Assembly: GCA_001949185.1 (NCBI GenBank)
Contig: BDGG01000001.1
Location: 1,670,263-1,734,262 of the forward strand
Source: Ramazzottius varieornatus
Lineage: Eukaryota; Animalia; Tardigrada
DNA length: 64,000 bases
Reading direction: 5' to 3'
The notes beneath the pieces were generated by a model. It did no database searches, was not told the DNA's origin, and saw only the letters and a program-made list of their open reading frames with translations. This document shows, in pieces, positions 55,557-64,000 of this stretch (position 1 is the stretch's first letter; every line of letters begins with the position of its first letter). The position numbers and the translations under genes were made by a program.

Positions 55557-56895
55557 CTTAAAGCTGGTCCGTTAAGTAGCCTTCCGGCTTCAGCGATCCG
55601 GGGGAAGGATAGGAGTCTCTGAGAGTAGAAGCAACGAATGAAATCCAACCGGAAACGGAAGACAAATCGAATCAATTTTAGTACTGTACTATATTTCCAA
55701 GACTGTCCTCCTGCTAAGAGAGGAGTGGCCAGAATCGTGTGACGTCATCCAAAGCTCTCCTTGAATAGTGCATGCTTTACGATAGCTTGATCAGTTGATT
55801 CTTTATGGATCGCTCCGTGGCCCCACCTACGATTCATCTTTTAGCCAATGGGAAATTTGCCCATTTGACTACTATTTTTTTTGCTGATTTTGCCATTCAT
55901 GAAAACGCTGCGAGCGTCTACAAACCTCTGCTTGCATTCTCCAGTCCTCCACTCAAACTTCTGCTTGTTTTCATATCGGGTTATTTCCTCCAGCTACAAG
56001 GATATCGGAGCTCCTGCCCGTCAACGAACAGCCGTAAACTCCGCTTCAGCTGTCTCTCTTCCTGAACTTGGAGGTCTTCAGTCGACTGGCCTACTTTACT
56101 ACGCCGGCGGAAGTGAGGTGCGTTTCTGTAAACATACTCCCATTCTGAACGCTGATCTATGTTTCATTTACAGATTTATCGCCGAGAGGGTTCTCCCAAC
56201 ATTGAAATAACTTTTTCAGCGGAAAGGAAGCACCCGAAGCGACGGCGGAATTTTTCGGAGGGGAGACGTCGAATTTGAGCTTATACACAGGTAAGACTTG
56301 GCTCGACATTAGCAAACGAGTTTTTCCGTTGAAGTGGATCTAAATATGAAATACTGAGTGTGGAAACGTGCTAGAGGCTCTCAAGAATTAGCACGTCCTT
56401 TGTTTGAGGAGAGACGAGTGACCCGGTTTTTTCAATGGATTTTCTCGAGAGATTGGCTTCTCGTCAACGACGGTGTGTGTTGAGCGTCGATTAATTACTT
56501 CACTTCGAAGAACGATTTTGTTTCTCCCAACTTGTTATTTTTCTTAAAGATTACGGAAGTAACTTGATGTCTGTTTTGATAGCGGTTTTCTTGAATTTCT
56601 CGGTTGGTAGCAGAGAAAACAAGTCTAAACACCGCGTGTTGCCTTTTGAAGACATCTGTTTACCATTACTGTATTCAGTATTTTCGTGATGGATGTGCCG
56701 CACTTCCTCTCCCTCTCTCTCGCGCACTCTCTCCTCGAGTCGATTAGTTGGATAGTTGACCTCGGTCCACCACCAATTGTCTCTTTTCTTCCTTCCGTTA
56801 TGCGTTAGCCGCCCACCGATCGATACTTTCCACAAATCTGTCCATCGCTGATCGTGTTATCTTTTTACAGAGATTGAATTTCACTCCGCGCGACG
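55557..56895. promoter_or_regulatory. Divergent (probably bidirectional) promoter region LAMTOR2/ECD with CRE palindrome and likely spliced ECD 5' UTR
   Basis: Head-to-head genes. TGACGTCA at 55740-55747 and a CCGGAA motif at ~55649. Splice-like sites at ~56117, 56173, 56290 and 56870. Confidence 0.45.
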
Positions 56896-60701
<3,806 letters not shown>

Positions 60702-60901
60702 AGAGTTTTTACAGACTGAGTCTGACTTTCGGTTCTCTTCCTTGAATTCAATGCTTTTATCGATCTTTTTATTCACTTCTGTTTGGATTTTATCTTTGTG
60801 GTGTATTTTTTCTTGACGTGATAACATTGAAACTTGTACAGATAACAATTTTCAAGTTTGCGTTTCTCAATTCTAAATTTTTATCGTGGTGAGAAGTCGC
60901 A

Positions 60902-61889
60902 TCAAAAGTTATCCATTCGTCTGGCTTCTTTCTTCAGAGAATTGTCGCGCTTTTCTCGAAGTCTTTCCGCCGCAGCTTTTCTTTGCCTGTAAACAAGCTT
61001 ATAAGACCGCGCTTCAGTGGCAGACAAAAAGAGGAAAGTTACTGTACCTGTAAGCGATGATGGCTTCGTCTTCCGGTGTAACTTCCACTTCCGGGTGTTC
61101 GAGTTGCCGAATGATGTAACGGATCTTGTCCAAACAGTCGGCCATGTTATAGTCTCGGGACCGCGTCTTGTCGGACTGTATGAAGAACTCGCCTTCCTTG
61201 GTTATCCTCGTATTGTGTTTCTCGCGAAGGAGGGGCTTCAAATGGTTTGGTATCCACTTTGCTTTCTCAATATCAAATCTGACGTCGACTTTTGTGTTCA
61301 CTGTACAACAAAGCATCAATCAACCATATCCAATCAACAGAAACCATTACGGTTCGGCGTCCGCGGTACGGCGTGCCATAAAGCAAAAAAACCCAACCCA
61401 ACCCAACATGACTGCGCATGACGTCAAAGATGAACTACCTTCACAATGGCGCACAAGTGCGATAATTATGACGTCGTTTTGCGAGTTCAAAAACAACATA
61501 CCTTTATTCACATTCTGCCCTCCTGGTCCAGAACTTCTCGAGTAAGATACTTGGAGCTCCTCTGCAAGACCAAAACGCATGACCATGAGCTACCACAGCT
61601 AATTTTAAGCTGAGGGTGGCGAGAGACCTACCAACTGGGATATATCCGTGAAATGTCTCCGATTTCTCCGCTGCTTCTCTGTACTACACAACGAAACACA
61701 ATTGTCGAAAAGCAGAGCAGAGTCGCCACAAAATCACGAAGGGCAAACCTGGTTATCCGCTCCAGTGTAGTCGAACTTGCTGTTGGGATATAACTTGTCA
61801 AGGCTGTAGATACTTTTGAAGCCACAACGACAATGATGATGCACTCGCGGAACTGAGGATCGGAGTAATCTAGATATGACCGGAAGCAT
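60902..61889 (-). CDS. MRPL58: Mitochondrial peptidyl-tRNA hydrolase ICT1/mL62
   Basis: Mitochondrial-type leader, FKSIYSLDKLYP, YSRSSGPGGQNVNK|VNTKVDVRF with the GGQ motif, and a basic C-terminal tail. Confidence 0.95.
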
Positions 61890-62799
61890 GGTCCACCGAT
61901 GTTTGCTCGTCCAAGAAGCTTTCTCCGAAACACTTGTCCACGACCGCAATCTGACGCGAGTGAAGAGATTTCAGCTGACAAGATGAAAGCAGGTTAACTC
62001 CTCGCGGAACAAAGTATCTGAAAAGTGCGAAAGGAAAATATACGTCGGGCTGTAAAACTTGGTGAGCCGTAAGGCGCAAGATGATGATCGACGTACTACA
62101 AACAGCTGAGTGCATGCTCAACGGGCTCAACGAGCGAGTTCCACAAAGTTCTGCGGTCTGGGTCCACGAGTTTGCTGCCCAACGCGCCCTGTCGTACAGG
62201 GTTTGGCTCCTAGGAAATGCAGCAAGATGAAAAATTGGCCGAGCTTTATTCTTGAAGTGAAATTTGCAGACCTTAAGAACATTTGTGCGATACAAATCGT
62301 CGTCTACGGCCAAAACGTAAGAGAGCAGAGTTGAACATTCTGCCGCTCGCGGAAATCGTAAAGACAAAAACCTTCGGCGAAAAAGCAGAAAGAAGAGCAC
62401 ACCGTAAATACGCCTGTGAAACGCGTGTACAAGCTCAAAAACATTTCTAACAACAGAAGCTCTTCAGGGAATCTTCCAGAATTTTCTGTAGCCCGTCAAG
62501 ATCCGTGGAAGCAATCAGAATCAACCTGCATGCCTAAAACTAAAACCCAAACGAAAAGAGTTGTTGGATTGGGAAAAAAACGGGAACAGATGTATTGATA
62601 ACGTCAGTACGGTACAACAGGAAGTTTCGGTACCTCGTACTCAAAAGGAGTCTTACTACCGGTACCGCTTCGACCACCGCGAGCGGCTGAGCCGCGGCTC
62701 GCGGGAACGTTGCGGTTCAATCCCTGGGAACCAGCCTTGCCGTTTCCTTGTTCCAGTTCTATATGCTTGACCAGCTGGTTATCATAAGCATATTCCACC

Positions 62800-63883
62800 T
62801 TGTACGGCTCTTCGGGGCGCTCGCAACCCTCCTAGGGGCGCGGAAAGGTTGGTTTATCTTGCGTAGCCTTGGTCTTTGCCGCTTCGTTCTTGAGCTTCTT
62901 CGCTGGCTTTACTTCTACCGACTATGTACAGTTTCCTGGAGAGGCACGCCTGGCAGCCACCGAATCGCTCCTAGTCATCGGAATGTTCTTGGAGAAGGCG
63001 ATAGATGCTGCCGGCGCGACAGGATACAGTTTCTGGACAGTTCAGCTAGGTCGCTGAGTGGCTAATCTCTTCGCGGCCCGAGTCATGAAGGAAGTTTCCG
63101 AAGCTGTTTCGCACATGGTCGTATAGGAGGCTCGGCGAAGCTAAAATAGGCCGCTTTAGCCGTTCTTAGCCGCGGCTAAAATATTTTATATAAATCTATA
63201 CATGGTCGACGAATTCAGGACGTCGGGTTCATTAACTACCTTCTCACTAAGAAACGGTTGAACTTTGATATACATGTACGGTATGCAATTGGCGATGTTT
63301 CAACTTTCAACCTGTCCAACATCATGAAATTTACTGTTTGAATGGAAGGAAGTATCTGTTCTGGTGTCGGAAATGGACTTTGCAGAGGCCGCAGCAGGCA
63401 TTCTAAGTCCGTCCTTTAAGTACCCCGCCTGGAGAATGTCCATGGCAGATGGTGCCGTAGGAGAGGCTGCTTCCGTCATGGTTTCCGCATAGTTTGCGCT
63501 CTCGAAAGCGAGGAGAACATCGGACGTCGGCAAGCGAATTCGCCCAGACCGTTCTCCCGAGTGGCGCACGCTCTTCGGTAGGAACAATGGAAACATGCGC
63601 CACTTGAGATTATGAACATGCTCGATTCATTTGCCGATGGTCCCTATAATATTCATACCCTGAAGTAGCAAGGTTTTTCCATCAGGGAACGAACTTACCT
63701 CTTCGACTGCGTGACCAGCTGCGGCGAAACAGACTTCAAGTCGGTTAGGAACTCGAACCGAACGGTGAAAACCTGTATCCACAGAATGTATTGTTCGTTC
63801 ACGTCCGCGGCGAATTTCCGGGAAGAATCTATATCTGGCAGCAAGACCATCCTAGAAAAGTATGCCATACATGAAATACACAT
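62800..63883 (-). other. Degenerate coding-like segments (possible pseudogene or unresolved gene)
   Basis: Exon-like stretches with splice-like ends. In-frame TGA/TAG interrupt an otherwise coding-looking frame at ~62800-63120. Confidence 0.25.
63561..63603. repeat. Same palindrome (25-nt spacer)
   Basis: GTGGCGCAC ... ATGCGCCAC. Confidence 0.85.
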
Positions 63884-64000
63884 GTACAGTAACTCGAAAC
63901 GATTACGACGTATTCACGCCAGACTGAAAAGGTACGTTTTCCTGGTCATGCTCATCTTACACGTATCGAACTTCATTATGGACGTGAAGAAAGTAGAAGT

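Noticed and set aside
62800-63120. In-frame stops as evidence for stop-codon reassignment or selenocysteine
   Set aside because: Conserved genes in the window end normally in TAA, TAG and TGA, so pseudogene decay is the simpler explanation.

Overview
Gene-dense eukaryotic genomic DNA from a compact-genome invertebrate animal (species not identifiable from the sequence), with GT-AG introns of ~50-300 nt and two assembly gaps. Recognisable genes: PLK1/polo (5'-partial), a TSSK-like kinase, a full-length ARMC4/ODAD2-like gene, a spastin-like AAA ATPase lacking an MIT domain, CPEB1/orb, an intronless MATH-BTB gene, GPCPD1/GDE5, ERCC6/CSB, LAMTOR2, ECD/SGT1 and MRPL58/ICT1. There are also several orphan coiled-coil genes. 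Region 14.5-17.7 kb is a mosaic pseudogenic duplication of three neighbouring genes. Non-autonomous DNA elements include TA-flanked MITEs, a hAT-like element with a near-perfect 8-bp TSD and two Helentron/Helitron2-like copies. The most striking unexplained signal is a dispersed, almost always intronic palindrome seen about 20 times in 64 kb: CAAGTGGCGCAC-N(24-26)-GTGCGCCACTTG. Its 9-bp cores and spacer length are conserved while the spacer sequence and outer arms have drifted, and it often occurs as ~80-bp-period dimers. All coordinates were read by eye, so exon boundaries are approximate, and no database searches were run.
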